This document shows positions 26,964-48,690 of a DNA stretch of 64,000 bases, one piece after another (the stretch's first letter is position 1; each line of letters begins with the position of its first letter). The translations under genes were made by a program, and so were the position numbers. The stretch is from the human T2T-CHM13v2.0 reference genome, Homo sapiens. The stretch lies in the NCBI RefSeq assembly GCF_009914755.1, contig NC_060930.1. One strand, written 5' to 3'. The notes under the pieces were generated by a model. That model did no database searches. It was not told the origin of the DNA and saw nothing but the letters and a program-made list of their open reading frames with translations.

Positions 26964-27920
26964 AATTTTTGCAATCTACCCATCTGACAAAGGCCTAATA
27001 TCCAAAATCTTCAAAGGGCTTAAACAAATTTACAAGAAAAAAAGACAAACAACCTCATCAAAAACTGGGCAAAGGATATGAACAGACACTTCTCAAAAGA
27101 AGACATTTATGCACCCAACAGACACATGAAAAAATGCTCATCATCACTGGCCATCAGAGAAATGCAAATCAAAACCACAATGAGATACCATCTCACACCA
27201 GTTAGAATGGTGATCATTAAAAAGTCAGGAAACAACAGGTGCTGGAGAGGATGTGGAGAAATAGGAACACTTTGACACTGTTGGTGGGACTGTAAACTAG
27301 CTCAACCATTGTAGAAGACAGTGTGGCGATTCCTCAAGGATCTAGAACTAGAAATACCATTTGACCCAGCCATCCCATTACTGTGTATATACCCAAAGGA
27401 TTATAAATCATGCTGCTATAAAGACACATGCAGACGTATGTTTATTGTGGCACTATTCACAATAGCAAAGACTTGGAACCAACCCAAATGTCCAACAATG
27501 ATAGACTGGATTAAGAAAATGTGGCACATATACACCATGGAATACTATGCAGCCATAAAAAAGGGTGAGTTCATGTCCTTTGTAGGGACATGGATGAAGC
27601 TGGAAACCATAGTTCTGAGCAAACTATTGCAAGACAAAAAACCAAACACCGCATGTTCTCACTCATAGGTGGGAATTGAACAATGAGAACACTTGGACAC
27701 AGGAAGGGGAACATCACACACCGGGGTCTGTCATGAGGTGGGGGGAGGGGGGAGGGATAGCATTAGGAGATATACCTAATGCAAATGACGAGTTAATGGG
27801 TGCAGCACATCAACATGGCACATGTATACATATGTAACAAATGCACATTGTGCCCATGTACCCTAGAACTTAAAGTATAATAATAAAATAAAATAAAAAT
27901 AACAACAACAACAACAAAAA
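26964..27920 (+). mobile_element. L1PA (about L1PA5-6) 5'-truncated 3' end
   Basis: ORF2 C-terminal peptides in the ORF track (27078, 27321), 3'UTR with G-rich tract, GAG diagnostic, and a poly(A)/(AAC)n tail. Confidence 0.95.
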
Positions 27921-28732
27921 GAAAATCTATGCCCATTAAACACCTCTTTTCCCTTCTGCCCCCAACCCCTGGTAACCACCATTCTATTTTGTTTCTATGA
28001 ATTTAACTACTTTAGATACCTCAAATAAGTGGAAGCACTTTTTTTTTTTATCTAAAATATTAGTGGTCACTGAAGAAAAGGGATTTTTTGCTTGTTTTGT
28101 TTTGCTGATAGTTTGGCCTGACCTCAGTCAATAAAGTGAATGAATTTAAAAATAAAATAAAATAAATAATTTTTTGTACAGATTGTTGAAGTACCACATA
28201 AATAATGTTAAACCTTTCAAGCATACTTCTAATAAAGCCATCAAAAATTTGTTTTGAGAACTAAAATAATAGATATGGAGACTCTAAATCTGAACTTTAA
28301 ATACAAATAAAATTCCTCTTTTTAGGTTGCTCTTTCTTCTTCTCTTCTAATTTTCTCTCTTCTTCCTCTTGTCTACTCTTTTTCTCCTCTCTCTACTTTA
28401 CTTCTTCCTTTCTCCTCTCTTCTACTTTTGAGAAAGACGATGAAATTTTCTCATACTGTGGCAAGGAACATTTGCTGTCATATAATATCCTCCCAGGAGC
28501 AATTTAATGTGTGCCTAACGGGGAAGAGAATGTGTGGACTCTAAATCAAGTTTCTTTATTTTACCCAAGAGATGCTACTGTAATGTTTGTGAGGCCAGAG
28601 TACTCAAAGCAGAGATAGAACGTAAGAGCAAACCTCTCATCATTAGGCTTATAGTTGCCAGTTTCAATATTCTCTCTTCTTTTTGATATGGGACATTAAT
28701 TTTCCCAATCTTGTAACCTCAGGTGGAATCAT

Positions 28733-29690
28733 ATGCATATAAAATATATAAAAACATTAAAATGTTAATATAAAAATGTTAGTTTAATGTCTCTAGCGTT
28801 ATGTCGTAAAAACTGTTATATATTCATTCTGACCTTGTAAGTATCAGCTGTGCCTTGTTTAATTTAAGCAATCCTAGTTAAATTTTGATGCCCTGGTATA
28901 GAATTTGTTCTATTATGTCCCTCGAATGTACTTGAGCTTCGATGATTAAAAACCTCCAATGCTTATGTTTAATATCGAGAGTTCTCCCTTTCCCAGTTCA
29001 AACATTTGTAAGATGTACTTATGCATGAAGATTACATCTTAATTTTGGACTAGCTGCCCTCCCAGTCTATGTAACTACTATTTACCTTTAACTAATTGTT
29101 TTTAGCTTTAAGATAAAACTAATTTATATGTGCCAGTTTATAAAGTCATTCAATGTCATCATCATTAAAATTATAGTTATTACATATTCTATCATAAGTC
29201 TTTTATTTTTACAATAATACACTGAAACTCAGAGCTGTTCATGAAGAGTTTTAGATAGATCCAGGATGTGCATGATAATTAGATACTAACAACAACAATA
29301 CACATACAATAATTATATGTGTAAACTCTATTCAGATTTTGTGCTAAATATTACATCTCCTTTAATGTCTTCAACCATCTTATTTTGTAGAGGCACTATT
29401 ATAATGCATATTTTATAAGAGGAAACTGAAACTCAGAAAAAAATAACATGCTCAAAGTTACACAGCTAAAATAGGATTCATATTGGGTTTATTTCACTGT
29501 AAAGGTTTTTCTCTAAATGTCTGCCAGTTCTGCTAAAATAGAGCAGCCTTGTTGTTTAGCATGCATATAAAAATATATAAAAATATACAAATGTTAATAT
29601 AAAAATGTTAGTTTAATGTCTCTAGCATTATGTCTTAAAAACAGTTATATACTCATTCTGACCTTGTAATTATCAGCTATGCCTTATTTA
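28733..29690 (+). repeat. ~130-bp non-tandem direct duplication (28733-28861 and 29561-29690)
   Basis: Both copies read atgcatataaaa...aatgttagtttaatgtctctagc...cattctgaccttgtaa.tatcagct.tgcctt.ttta, roughly 90% identical by eye. Confidence 0.9.
29300..29515 (-). mobile_element. MIR fragment
   Basis: 'gaggaaactgaaactcaga...tgctcaaagttacacagct'. Confidence 0.6.
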
Positions 29691-32320
29691 CATGGCTGGG
29701 TTCATTGAATCTGAAAAAACACAAAGAATACGTAAATCCTATATAAAATCTAGGGTAAAGTTGAAGCTAAAATATTATAAACAAAAAGGATGCAGTTTAT
29801 CATCAAGTGACTCTTTAATAGGAAAGGAGATAAGAGTTATTACTGGGTAAGCATTGTTAACAGTGTCTTATTCTGGGTAACAAAAGGGAGGATGTATTAA
29901 CAAAATTTATTGGACCAAGATCTCTACTGAGGAGGTAGGTAGAAGAGTACAGAAACTTTTTTTCCTAATTTTGATTCAGGAGCCACTCAATATATTCATT
30001 GAGCCTTGGATTTTTAGGGAATTTATACCCGAAATATGAAATTAGACTAACCATTGAACTAACCTACATTATAGAAAAATTTTTTCAGATTCCGCTCACA
30101 CTTTGATGACTTCTCAGGAAATAGTTGATGTCGTAAGGGATTTACATAATACTTAATTCAATAAAAATAGCAGCAAGAGGTGGATTTATTTGTGAAAAGA
30201 TAAAACTTTTTCAAACACTTGAAATTCATTAAATTCTAACAAAAGACAATTTTGGCATTAATATAGTAGCTAAGTCAACTAGCCAAATAAAATTATACAA
30301 TGTAATTTACTTAAAAACTGCAATAAATATGAGGTCATTTTCTGACAAACAGTGGAAGAAAAATTTCATTTATCATTTTCGTAAAAAGTCCTTTTGGTTT
30401 CTGTATCTCTTGCTATTACACCTGCTAAACCACACTACAAACAGTAGTCAAAGTAATTTCTAATAACTGATTTGACTACATTTGGCCTCAGCTTTCTGTT
30501 GGTTCTCCAATGAATGTAGAATAAAACCTAGACAATTTTGCCTAGCATTCAAGACCCTGCACAATCACATAATAAGCCACTTCCTCAGCTTTTTAAAGCA
30601 AACACCAGTCAGAATTTTTTCCCCAATCTTTATGTGTAGTCTCATCTCCATACACTAATTGATGCCTACGTTTCCTCAGGAAAATTTTACTATTGTCTGT
30701 GTGTCTGAATCCTAATATTTATTTAAGACCAGCTTACAACCTATTTTTCTTGAAATTATTTTGTCCTCAACGCAATTTTTTTCTTCATCTTCAGAATTAA
30801 CAAACTGCTTTTTATATCACTTAATATTTTTTAGACTTCTTGATACTATTTTGAATAGTAGTTTATATTCAATTTTTCCTTTAACTCCCTTTTCAGGAGG
30901 GTGATGACTAGGTTTGTTTAGTTATACGTACTTTAAAAACAATAAATGATGGCATAATTTATTTTCAGTGTCTTCACAGGCTTTTTGAAGGAGGGTTTTT
31001 AATTTCGGTGAAATTCTGATTAACCAATTTGTTCTTTTATGGATCATGTCATATGTAAGAAATGTGTGCCTAATCAAAAGTCATAAAGGCTTCTATAAAT
31101 TTTTTAATATGTTTGAAATGTACTTATATTTCTTTTATCCTTTTTGAGTTAATCTTTATATTCAGATAAAGCTTTTTTTTTGCACGTGAATATCTAATTG
31201 TAGCAATATAACTTATTGATAAAACTATTATTTATTTACTGCATTGCTTTATATCTTGGTCAAAAATCAGCTGTCCTATAAAAGTATTGATTTACTTTGG
31301 ACTTTTCTGTTTTACTAATTTACCTTAATACTCATACCACACAGCCTAGATTATAGTAGCTTTAATAACATTTGAAATCAGGTAGTTTGGGTCTTATAAT
31401 GTTCTTTTTGAAGTGTGCTTGACTCTTCATTTGCATATCCATATACATTTTAGAATTAGTTTTTCTGCTGTGTTTAAAGAACATTTGGGATTTTGGTTGA
31501 GATTGTACTGCATGTAAAGCTCAATCTGAGGATAATTGATGTCTTAATAATATTGAGTCTTCTGAACCATGAACCTGGTGGTATATTTCTCTGTTAATGA
31601 CCAGAGTTATCTCTCTCAGCAATGTTTTGTAATTTTCTCTGCATGAGTATTTCACTTGATGATTTTTGTCAAAATCATCACTAAATATTTCATATTTTTG
31701 ATGCTATTGTAAGTGGCAATTATTATTAATTTCAATTACTTACAGTTTGTTGCTAGTATATAGAAATGCAATTGATTTTTGCCTGTTGATCTTGGGTCTC
31801 ATTTAATCAGTCTTGTTAAGTTCACTTATTTTTGGTAGTATTTTTGTATTGCTTTGGAAATTCTATAGAGACTTTCATATAATCTGTGAATAGTGACAAT
31901 TGTATTTATTTCATATTTGAATGAGTTTTATTTTTCTTATCTTATAGTCCTTGCTAGAACCTCCAGTATGACATTAAGTAATAATGAGTAGGCATTACAC
32001 TCTTTGTCTTAAACTTACAGGAAACACTCCGTCTTTCATTACAAAGTGTAATGTTAGCTTCCTCATCTGTCCTTTGTTAGGTTAAAAATTTCCTATTCCT
32101 GTTCTGCTGCATGGTTTTTAAAAATCAGAAGTAGATATTTAATTTTGTTAAATACTTTTTCTACATCTACTGAAATGATTTTGTATCTATATGGTTTATT
32201 AATATGCTAAATTAGATGGATTGATTTTTAGATCTTTGACCAACTTTGCATTTCTAAGATAAACCCTACTTGGTCATAAAGTATTAGCATTTTATATATT
32301 GTTGTATTTGACTTGCTAAC

Positions 32321-34027
<1,707 letters not shown>

Positions 34028-34672
34028 TGAGGAATATTTGTCATAGTTCTCTTTTCTGTATTTTTCTGGATTGGATAGCAGAGTAATCCTGGCCACATAG
34101 AATGAGTTAGAAAATACTATTTCCTCTTCATTCTTTTTTTGGAAGAGTTTCAAACTAACAGATTATTAGTTTTTCTTTGTTTAAAGAATGCACCAGTGAA
34201 GGTATATTGTCCTGGAGTTTTTTGTATACAGTTTTTTTAGTTTTTGATTTTTTAAATTAAATTTTAGTTCCTCTAATAGATACAGCTCATGTCATCTATT
34301 TCTTCTTGAGTTAGCTCAGGTGAGCTGAGTAAATTAAAGCAGTTGTATCTTTCAAGGAATTTTTCCATTTCAATAATTTGTAGTTATCGACATTAAGTTG
34401 TTCATAATGTTCTCTTACTATCCTTTAATATCTATAGAACTACTTTTCTCATTATTGGGTATACAATGCCACTTTTGTCATTCTTGGGTATAAATTGGTA
34501 ACATATCTACTGTCTCACTTTTTTTCTGATATCTGACTAGATGTGTATTAATTTCATTGATTTTCTCAAAGAACTAGACTCAGGTTTTATTTAGTTTCTC
34601 TATATTTTTAAATTAAAGTATTATTGATTTTCTTTGATTCTGGATTACAGTTTCTGTCTTTTACTACTTTAA

Positions 34673-35000
<328 letters not shown>

Positions 35001-36815
35001 AATTTCATTTTTTTAAAAACAAGAAATATTCTTTCATTCCTATCTTTATTCTTCTGTATGTCTTCATTTGCTCAATTTATGATTTTCTCTTTCTCACTGG
35101 TTATGAGCAACTTAATTTTGATTTGCCCTGGTGCAGTTTTCTTTTTGTTTCTTGTTCTTGTGCTTCATTGGGATTGTTAAATCTATGAAGTTTTAGACTT
35201 TTTCAAATTGCAAATTGAATATTGAAAAACTTTTGCCCATTAGTTTTGAATGTGTGTTTTGTCTTAGATGTTTCTTCTTCCAGGACTAAAAGTATAAGCA
35301 CATGAAGCCACTTGAATTTTTCACAAAGCTTATTGTTGCTGTCTTCGTTTCTCTGGTTTTCATTTCAGATAGTTCCTATGGCTGTTCTTTCAAGTTTACT
35401 ATCTTTACTTCTGCAATATCTAATTTCATCCAGTGCATTTTTTCATCTTATACATTGCAGTTTTCATTTCTAGAAATTTAGTTTTTGAATATTTTCCATA
35501 TCTCTATTTAAAATTTCAAGCATTACAATATATTTATAATACCAGTTTTAATATCCTTATCTATTATTTAATATCAATGTCAGTTCTGGATTGGTTTTTA
35601 TTGATTAGGCCTCATTATGATTCATATTTCACTGCTTTGTTGTAAACCTGGTAACTTTTTAATTGGATTTTAAACATTATAAATTTTATCTTGTTGGACG
35701 CTGAATATTTTTGTATTGCTACAAATATTCTAGATGTTCCAAAAATGTTAAGCTCTGTTCTACAATAAAGTTAAGTAACATAAAAACAATTGACTTTTTG
35801 TTTGTTTCTAACATGTGTTAGGTAGGACTAAAGTAATTAGGCTAGGGCTAATTATTTCCCATGATTGAGGCAAAACCACTTTGTGTACTCTACACAATGG
35901 CCTGTGACTACTGATGTTTTCAAATCTAGATAGTGGGAACAGATATTATTCCTGTCTCTGTATGATTACTGAGCTCTGTTGTCTTCATCTTTTTAGGTGT
36001 ATTTTGCTTTGTTTTGTTTTGCTGACTAGGGTAGTTTCCTTACACAAATTTCCTAATCAACGCTCAACTAAATACTCCAGATAGATCCTCTCCCAAACTC
36101 CAGAATTAGCTCTCTGCAAATATCTCTCTGAAAATGTTTCCTGTGAATCCCAGCTGTGTTATTTTCTACAGAATTTCGGGTCTGTTTTATCTTAAGCAGT
36201 TTGCTAGGCTCAGTATTAGTTTATTCTTCCTGAATTGTGACCCAAAAAGTCTCCTAAATTAATATGTTGGGGCAATTGTAGGTCTCATTTGTTTGTTTCC
36301 CATTTCTCAGGTACAAGTGTTCTTTATTGTCTGATGTGTAGTGTCTTATGAAACCTTCCTCATATGTTTTGCTTATTTTTTATTGTTTCAGGAAACAAGC
36401 TAAGTCTGGTGTTGTTTACTTTGTCTTGGTCAGAAGTGCAAGTCCAGGATGGCTTTTTAATTAGCAAATAAATTTTAGTCTGAATATTTCTTAAAAGAAT
36501 AAAAATATGCCTTGTTATCACTCTCACTCAAATATATTAACATTTGGAAATTATGAGGGTTCTTACTTATAAAGTAATGAGGACAAATGATTTTTTCCTT
36601 AGAATACTTGAAAATAATTGAAGTCTCATATCCTTGACCTAAAATAAATCACGGTGGAGCAAATAAAGAATTGGGCTATGGTCTAATGATGAAAATATTA
36701 ATATAGTTGGTCTGTATTTTCTTTTTGTCTAGTTTTCATGCTAATCTGAACCTGTGTGAGATTCCAGATCTACTTGGGACAGAGAGATTTTTTTTTTTAT
36801 ATATATACAAAGACA

Positions 36816-36821
36816 TTTATT
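36816..36821 (-). terminator. AATAAA polyadenylation signal of the transduced segment
   Basis: tttatt on plus, 17 nt from the poly(T) run at 36788-98. Confidence 0.8.
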
Positions 36822-37411
36822 ACATTATTGTTCACAATAAGGAATTGGAAATAATCGAAATATCAACAATGAAATTATTAAATAAGTAATGGTATATACA
36901 ATATATACATAAAAGATTACTAAGCTGCTTTTAAAAATAATAAAGTATCTGTTTAACACGACATGGAAAGATGATGACAATTTATTAAGCAAAAAGAGAA
37001 AGTTTCACAATAGTGTATTAATCTCATTTCTGTAAATAATTATTTTTTGTATATATATAAAAACTTTTGGAAATATAGGTACAAACATTAACTGCGGGAG
37101 TAGGAGTTACAGGAGTAGGGAGGATGGGGGCTTATACATTCTGTTTTGCGCAATTTTTTTTTAATTTTTATTTTTATTTATTTTATTTATTTATTTATTT
37201 TTTTTTATTATACTCTAAGTTTTAGGGTACATGTGCACATCGTGCAGGTTAGTTACATATGTATACATGTGCCATGCTGGTGCGCTGCACCCACTAACGT
37301 GTCATCTAGCATTATGTATATCTCCCAATGCTATCCCTCCCCCCTCCCCCGACCCCACCACAGTCCCCAGAGTGTAATATTCCCCTTCCTGTGTCCATGT
37401 GATCTCATTGT

Positions 37412-39084
<1,673 letters not shown>

Positions 39085-39123
39085 AGACCATCGAGACTAG
39101 GAAGAAACTGCATCAACTAATGA

Positions 39124-41555
<2,432 letters not shown>

Positions 41556-42833
41556 TAACTATTGATATGGATGGACTGAAATGATTAAACATAATATGAG
41601 TAAAAATGACTGAAACTGTAATAGATTTTTGAAGATTATTTGTGAGGCTAGGTAGAAACCATTTTATGTTACAGAATGTTTCCATTGTTAATAAGACCAA
41701 AGTATCTCAGAACTAACAGAAGTGTAGTTTCTCTCCCTCTGCCTTAGTAGAAGATGTGAAAGTGCCATGACTATCTGACGTCGAGAGCAAAAGGCCACGA
41801 AAGGGCCAGTAGTGATGTTATCAATAAGGTATTCTGTGGAGATGGGGAAGGATTCAATATAATACTTCCTGAAACACTGAAGAACATCCTAAATTCATCT
41901 CTTTCTAAAATAAGGGTCCTTGTTCTGTGGCCATAAATGGGAGTGAATCTGTGGCAGGGTGTTAATATTATTTTTTAGGGTATGTTTTCCCACATGGGTT
42001 TTTGTTCTGATAATCTGTTCTTGTTCTGCTCTGGGAATCTATCATTATGAATAAATACTTAAAATCTTCCTTTTTCAGTTTCATTATTTACATCTGGACA
42101 TTGGATCTCATTTACATTTGTTTATGTCAAAAGGACCTAAAATTCCTGAATTTGGAATATGATAATTTCAGCTTCAAATGTTATCAGAACCATAGAAAAG
42201 TTTCACCCCTTCAGAGATGAGGGCAAGTTAGAGAAAGGAGTGCACTGAAATGTCAACCCAGACTTTGGACTATGCGAGGATAGCCTGCTGCATGTGCTGT
42301 TTTCCAGGTTTGTCCCTCAATCTGAACCTGTGTTTTGAATTATTTTTCCCCTAGATGTGTTAGTTCTTTTTTCCAAGTTGAACCTATTTTATTTTCTTTG
42401 CTAGGGCTCATTTTATTATTCCAACATTTCCCATTTTAGTATCATCTGCAGAATTCATTAAGACCCTGTTTACTCCCTTGCTGAGGTCTCTGAGACAGAG
42501 CTGGACAGGGCTTGGGGTCAGACTGTGCATTCCCTCTCTTCCATGCAGCCCCCAAAACTGTCTCTGACCCATGTAAATGAGGATCTAATCTCCTCCAAGA
42601 TTTCCCTATGGAATGTGACTTCTTAGGTTTTCTTATAGCATAAAACTCAAGTGGAAAATGGAAAAGATAATAACAACAATATGTTTCTCTTTGCTGCCTG
42701 AGAATAAAGCACTCAACAAACAATTATTAATTCAGCACGTGTCCAGACCTTGGCTAAGTAGCATGAGTGATATAAAGAAGGAAAAGCTTTAGTGCCCTCT
42801 CGAGGAAGTTATCATCTAGTTTAGAGGAGGAAG

Positions 42834-42836
<3 letters not shown>

Positions 42837-42864
<28 letters not shown>
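42837..42864. repeat. (CA)n microsatellite
   Basis: Direct inspection. Confidence 0.95.
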
Positions 42865-43269
42865 CCCTACTCCTGAAACAATGAAAGGACAAAGCACCAT
42901 GCACAAATACACTGACTTGAGAGATGCAGAACAGAATTGCCCAAAGAGTGAAAAATAGCCACATGGATTATAAAGCTCAGGAAATATTTGGCAGAGGAGA
43001 GATTATCTCCCAAGCATTTATTTATAAATAATTTTTGTTCTGCTGCAGATATTTACTGGGCATATACTATATGGAAGAAATTCTCCTAGGAGAAAGGGAG
43101 TATATACAAATCTTATGCCATCACTAAGCTTTTAGCTGACAAGAAACAAAGAATATCACTATACAGTGTGATAGGAGCTAGCATGACTTTTCATTGCGGG
43201 TTGCTTTTCCAGATACTAAAAGTCCACAAAGTAAGACGTGATCTGCATGGGTTACTAGATTCACAATTA

Positions 43270-43395
43270 ATTTATTGATTCGTTCATTCACTTACTTGTC
43301 CTAAGCATTTACTCTGTGCAATACATTAGGCTAGATGTTATGTAAACATGAAGAATTGGACTTGGACCCTGACTTCACAATTTTAGTCTCACATG
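43270..43395 (-). mobile_element. L2 3' end fragment
   Basis: 'ttcgttcattcac...aagcatttactctgtgcaatacattaggctag...ggaccctgac'. Confidence 0.55.
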
Positions 43396-43689
43396 GACAA
43401 ATATACCTGAAAATGCATAGTGCAAAGTAGAAACTGATTGCCATATTTTTATCTGAAATGTGGCTTACATTTCAGTTAGCCACAGAAGCCTAAGAGAGCA
43501 ATTCAAAAACATATTTGTTATATGGAAAGAAGGTTTTCATTAAAAGTGCTGGCAAGAAGTGAGACCATCTTGGGGACTTAGGAAGGAACCTGGCTTTACT
43601 CTGTGAGGAGGAGAATGCAAGTATTTGAAATGTCTGAATAGCATGATTAATATTCAGGAAAGTAAAACAGCAACAGTAACAGGAGTAAC

Positions 43690-43890
43690 AGCTTATGCAT
43701 TTGGGACTTACTCTAGGTCAAGCTCTTCAAATTGGAGAATCTCATTTAATCTTCCCAATAGTCCCACAAGATAGCTATTATTATTTTCCATATTTCACAT
43801 AAAGTAATCTAAGCCTTAGAAATGAACAAGGTCTGACCCAATTAGGGCGGCTAAGTGTGAACTCAAACTCAGGCATCTCTAAGTCTAAAT
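43690..43890 (-). mobile_element. MIR
   Basis: 'atctcatttaatcttcccaatag...attattattttccatatttcac...actcaaactcaggc'. Confidence 0.6.
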
Positions 43891-43955
43891 CAAAATGTAA
43901 GAAGTAGGAGTTGCCATGGGGATAAAGGGATTTTACTTTGAACAATAGCCCAAGG

Positions 43956-44110
43956 CAGTGTTTATTAACCTTAAGTGCACATTAAAAATACTCGGGAGCT
44001 TAAAAATATCTTTGTCATAATCTAACATGATGAGAATCTTGGGATGTGGGTCTCAGGCATCGGATTTTCTGGAGGCTCCCCAGGTGATCCTAGCAGCCAG
44101 CCAAAAACCA
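43956..44110. mobile_element. MER5A-like hAT-Charlie fragment
   Basis: 'cagtgtttattaacctt.agtgcacatta...gctccccaggtgatcct'. Confidence 0.65.
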
Positions 44111-44189
44111 AATATCTTTAGGTCTTCTGCAGAGCAAAAGAGAAAAACAAATATTCTAAAAACAAACAATAATTTTATGTCTATTTATA

Positions 44190-44559
44190 CAGATACTTCC
44201 TGACTTACAATAGGGTTACATCCCAGAAACTCATCATAAGTTGAAAATATCATAAGTTGAAAATGCACTTAATACATGTAACTTATCAAACATTATAGCT
44301 TAGCTTAGCCTAGCCTATTTTAAACATGCCCACAACACTTACATTAGCCTATAGTTGGGCAAAATGATCTAACACAAAGCCCATTTTATAATAAAGTGTT
44401 GAATATCTCATGTATGAGTATAGTAACACATATAGCTAGCCCTGGAAAAGTACAAAACTCAAAATTCTAAGTATGGTTTTCACTGAATATTTATTGCTGT
44501 TGCACCATCATAAAGTCAAACAATTGTAAGCCAAACCATCATAAATCAGGGACCATCTG
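44190..44559 (+). mobile_element. MER47A-like (TcMar-Tigger) full-length MITE
   Basis: ta|cagatacttcctgacttac...aaatcagggaccatctg|ta: TIRs, TA TSD, ~370 bp. Confidence 0.8.
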
Positions 44560-46758
44560 TATAGTCTCTGTAGTTACACTTAGAATTCATACGCACATCT
44601 ACAAGTAAATATTCTGAGAGCTGAAACCTACTCCAGAAATATCAAATTCCTTGTTGCAGGGGGTTGTCCTACAATAGGCAGATCCATATCGTTTAAACAG
44701 GTTATGACATTCAGCTAAGTGCTCCAAGAAGTCAAAAGGACTTTATCTTCCTTGTTCTAAGTCTGTATGGCATAAGTTTTTACAGCAGGACTCCAATGTT
44801 TATCTACAAATTATTGACAATACTTAATTATTGATTAAGTAGAAAGAATGGCTACTTTATTTTGAATCTGGAGAGGTTTGAAGGCACAAGATCAACTGAA
44901 AGGTCTGTAGGTGAGAGAGAAATCCTCTTTGTTAGCAATGTCACTTAAATACTGAACTCCCTACAATGGCCGTTTCATGCTTTACCAATTCCTTTCCTCA
45001 GCACGCACCTCAGAGGCGCACATTACATTAGATCAAGACAAAAAGTTCAAACACGTAAGAGCTCATGTGTGAGAAAAATGTCTGTTCTGAATACCATTAA
45101 GCATCCAAAGATAAAAGAATATTTTCCTTACATACACTGTCTTGGAATCTCAAAACAAATCCTGATCTTATCAGTTGACAGATAAAGTAGAGGAGTTATA
45201 GCCATACATATCCAGAAATATACTGGAAATAGGGAAGTAGATAGGAACCTTTCTACATTGGGATTAGCAAATTTTAAAGTTTCAACAACTCTTTTTCTTA
45301 AAATTTTGCTTGGTGTTTAAGAAATTGAAATCTTACACCTGGATGGAAGTGAGGGATAAGGGATAATAACTGATAAATATGTCAAATTTATCAAATTATG
45401 TAAAATACAAAATGTCTTAAAATCCAATGCCAGCCTTAAAATAATACTTTTCTTTTAAAATACAGTCTTGTTTTCATGGAAACTACACATTTTCATAAAA
45501 CCTGAAAATAAATTTAATATTTTAAAAGATGTCAATTAATTCATTCCAGTGAATTACAGGTTTTTAGATCCCACGCCAAAGGTTTTGCTTGACAATTGAA
45601 ACTGGTTTATGGAGTATTATTGTAGGCCAGCTAAATCTAATGACCTTTCCTCCCTCCAAGTTTCAAGCCACAGATTTCAGGAACAGAGACCAATGAAATG
45701 TGTATCTTACATTCCAGCCAGCAAAAGTAGCAAGGAGCTTTTCCTGTGGCTAGTAAAGAACATGTTTCTTAATACGAAAATGACGGTTTTAGCACGGTAA
45801 CACATAAAGTCATTTCCTGGCTTGTGTTTTACATGTGGCTTTCTATTATTATCTGATACACTGAATTTGCATCCTTGATACTTCTGACCTTCACCCTCAC
45901 CCATATTTTAAATCTTTTCTTAACCTTTCCTCCAATAATGGATTTAGCTCTTTGCTTCTCAATTCTGACCAAAGTGAATGTTGAAAGAAAATGGAAGATG
46001 TGGGTCATGGGAGAAAATCTAAAAGGAAATTTCCTCTAGGGAAATTGAAATATGTCACTCATACTTTATTTTTTCTCAGGGCTCTAATATTAATTTCTGT
46101 GCCACCAAGTTGTCAATTGTCATTACTTTTTGTTTACAAATTGTAGCATCCCAAAGTTGAACCACTCCTTTATTTCCTGCCACCCATCCTTTACACTTAA
46201 GCCTACCATTTCTCAACATATAATCTCCAGCATTGCTCTCCTATGAAGTAAAATGGTTCAGAAACGGAGTAAATGAGTGGACATTGGATGAAGTAGAGTT
46301 AATATATTGTATATATTCTCTCTTGCACTCTTTTACCAGCTTTTAGTTTGACTTCTGTCTTCTTAAACATCTTGGCTTTATTCCTCCAAAGAGATGACGA
46401 GTTTATATTTATTTACAGTTTATAAACGGGCACATAGCACTGAAGATAATTAGTAAGGGCCATCATAACCAACTGAAATCTTAATTTACACAGAAATGGC
46501 TGAACTTAGATTTTACTTCACATATATCCTTTAATTAATACATCATTTTACTTGATGCTATGGTAGTTACTGTGGGATGTAACAATAAATAGGAGCATGG
46601 TACACAAAGAGTTTACAGTGTTATGGCTAGAGTTGGGTAATAAAATTACAACTTAAATATTATGTAGAGAAACAGTGTGTTATAATGGAAAGAATCCTGA
46701 ACTAGATCATGAAGGAAGTCAGAGATAATTCCAACATCACCATTTCCCACTAGGACCC

Positions 46759-47138
46759 TGTTATTGATTAAATTATGTTCATCAAAATTGATGGGTTGAA
46801 ACCCTAACCCTAATATGACTGCATTTGGAGATAGAGGTTTTAAAAAGAGGTAATTAAGATTAAATGAGGTCATAAAGGTGGGGTCCTAATCCAATATGAT
46901 GAGTGCCCTTATAAGAAGAGGAAGAGGCACCAGGAATGTGTGTGCACAGAAAAAAAGGCCATGTGTGGACACAAGAACATGGGCATCTTGCAAGCCAAAG
47001 AGAGAGGCCTCTGGAGAAACCAACCCTGCTGGCACTTTGATTTTGGACTTCCAACCTCCAGAACTGTGAGAAAATAAATTTCTTTTGTTTAATTCACTAA
47101 TTCTGTGATATTTTGTTACCTCAACCCCAGAAAATCAC
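46759..47138 (+). mobile_element. MLT1A-like solo LTR
   Basis: 'tttggagatagagg...gaggtcataaaggtggggtcctaatcc...ccagaactgtgagaaaataaatttc'. Confidence 0.85.
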
Positions 47139-47149
47139 AGGGCCTTTAA

Positions 47150-48690
<1,541 letters not shown>

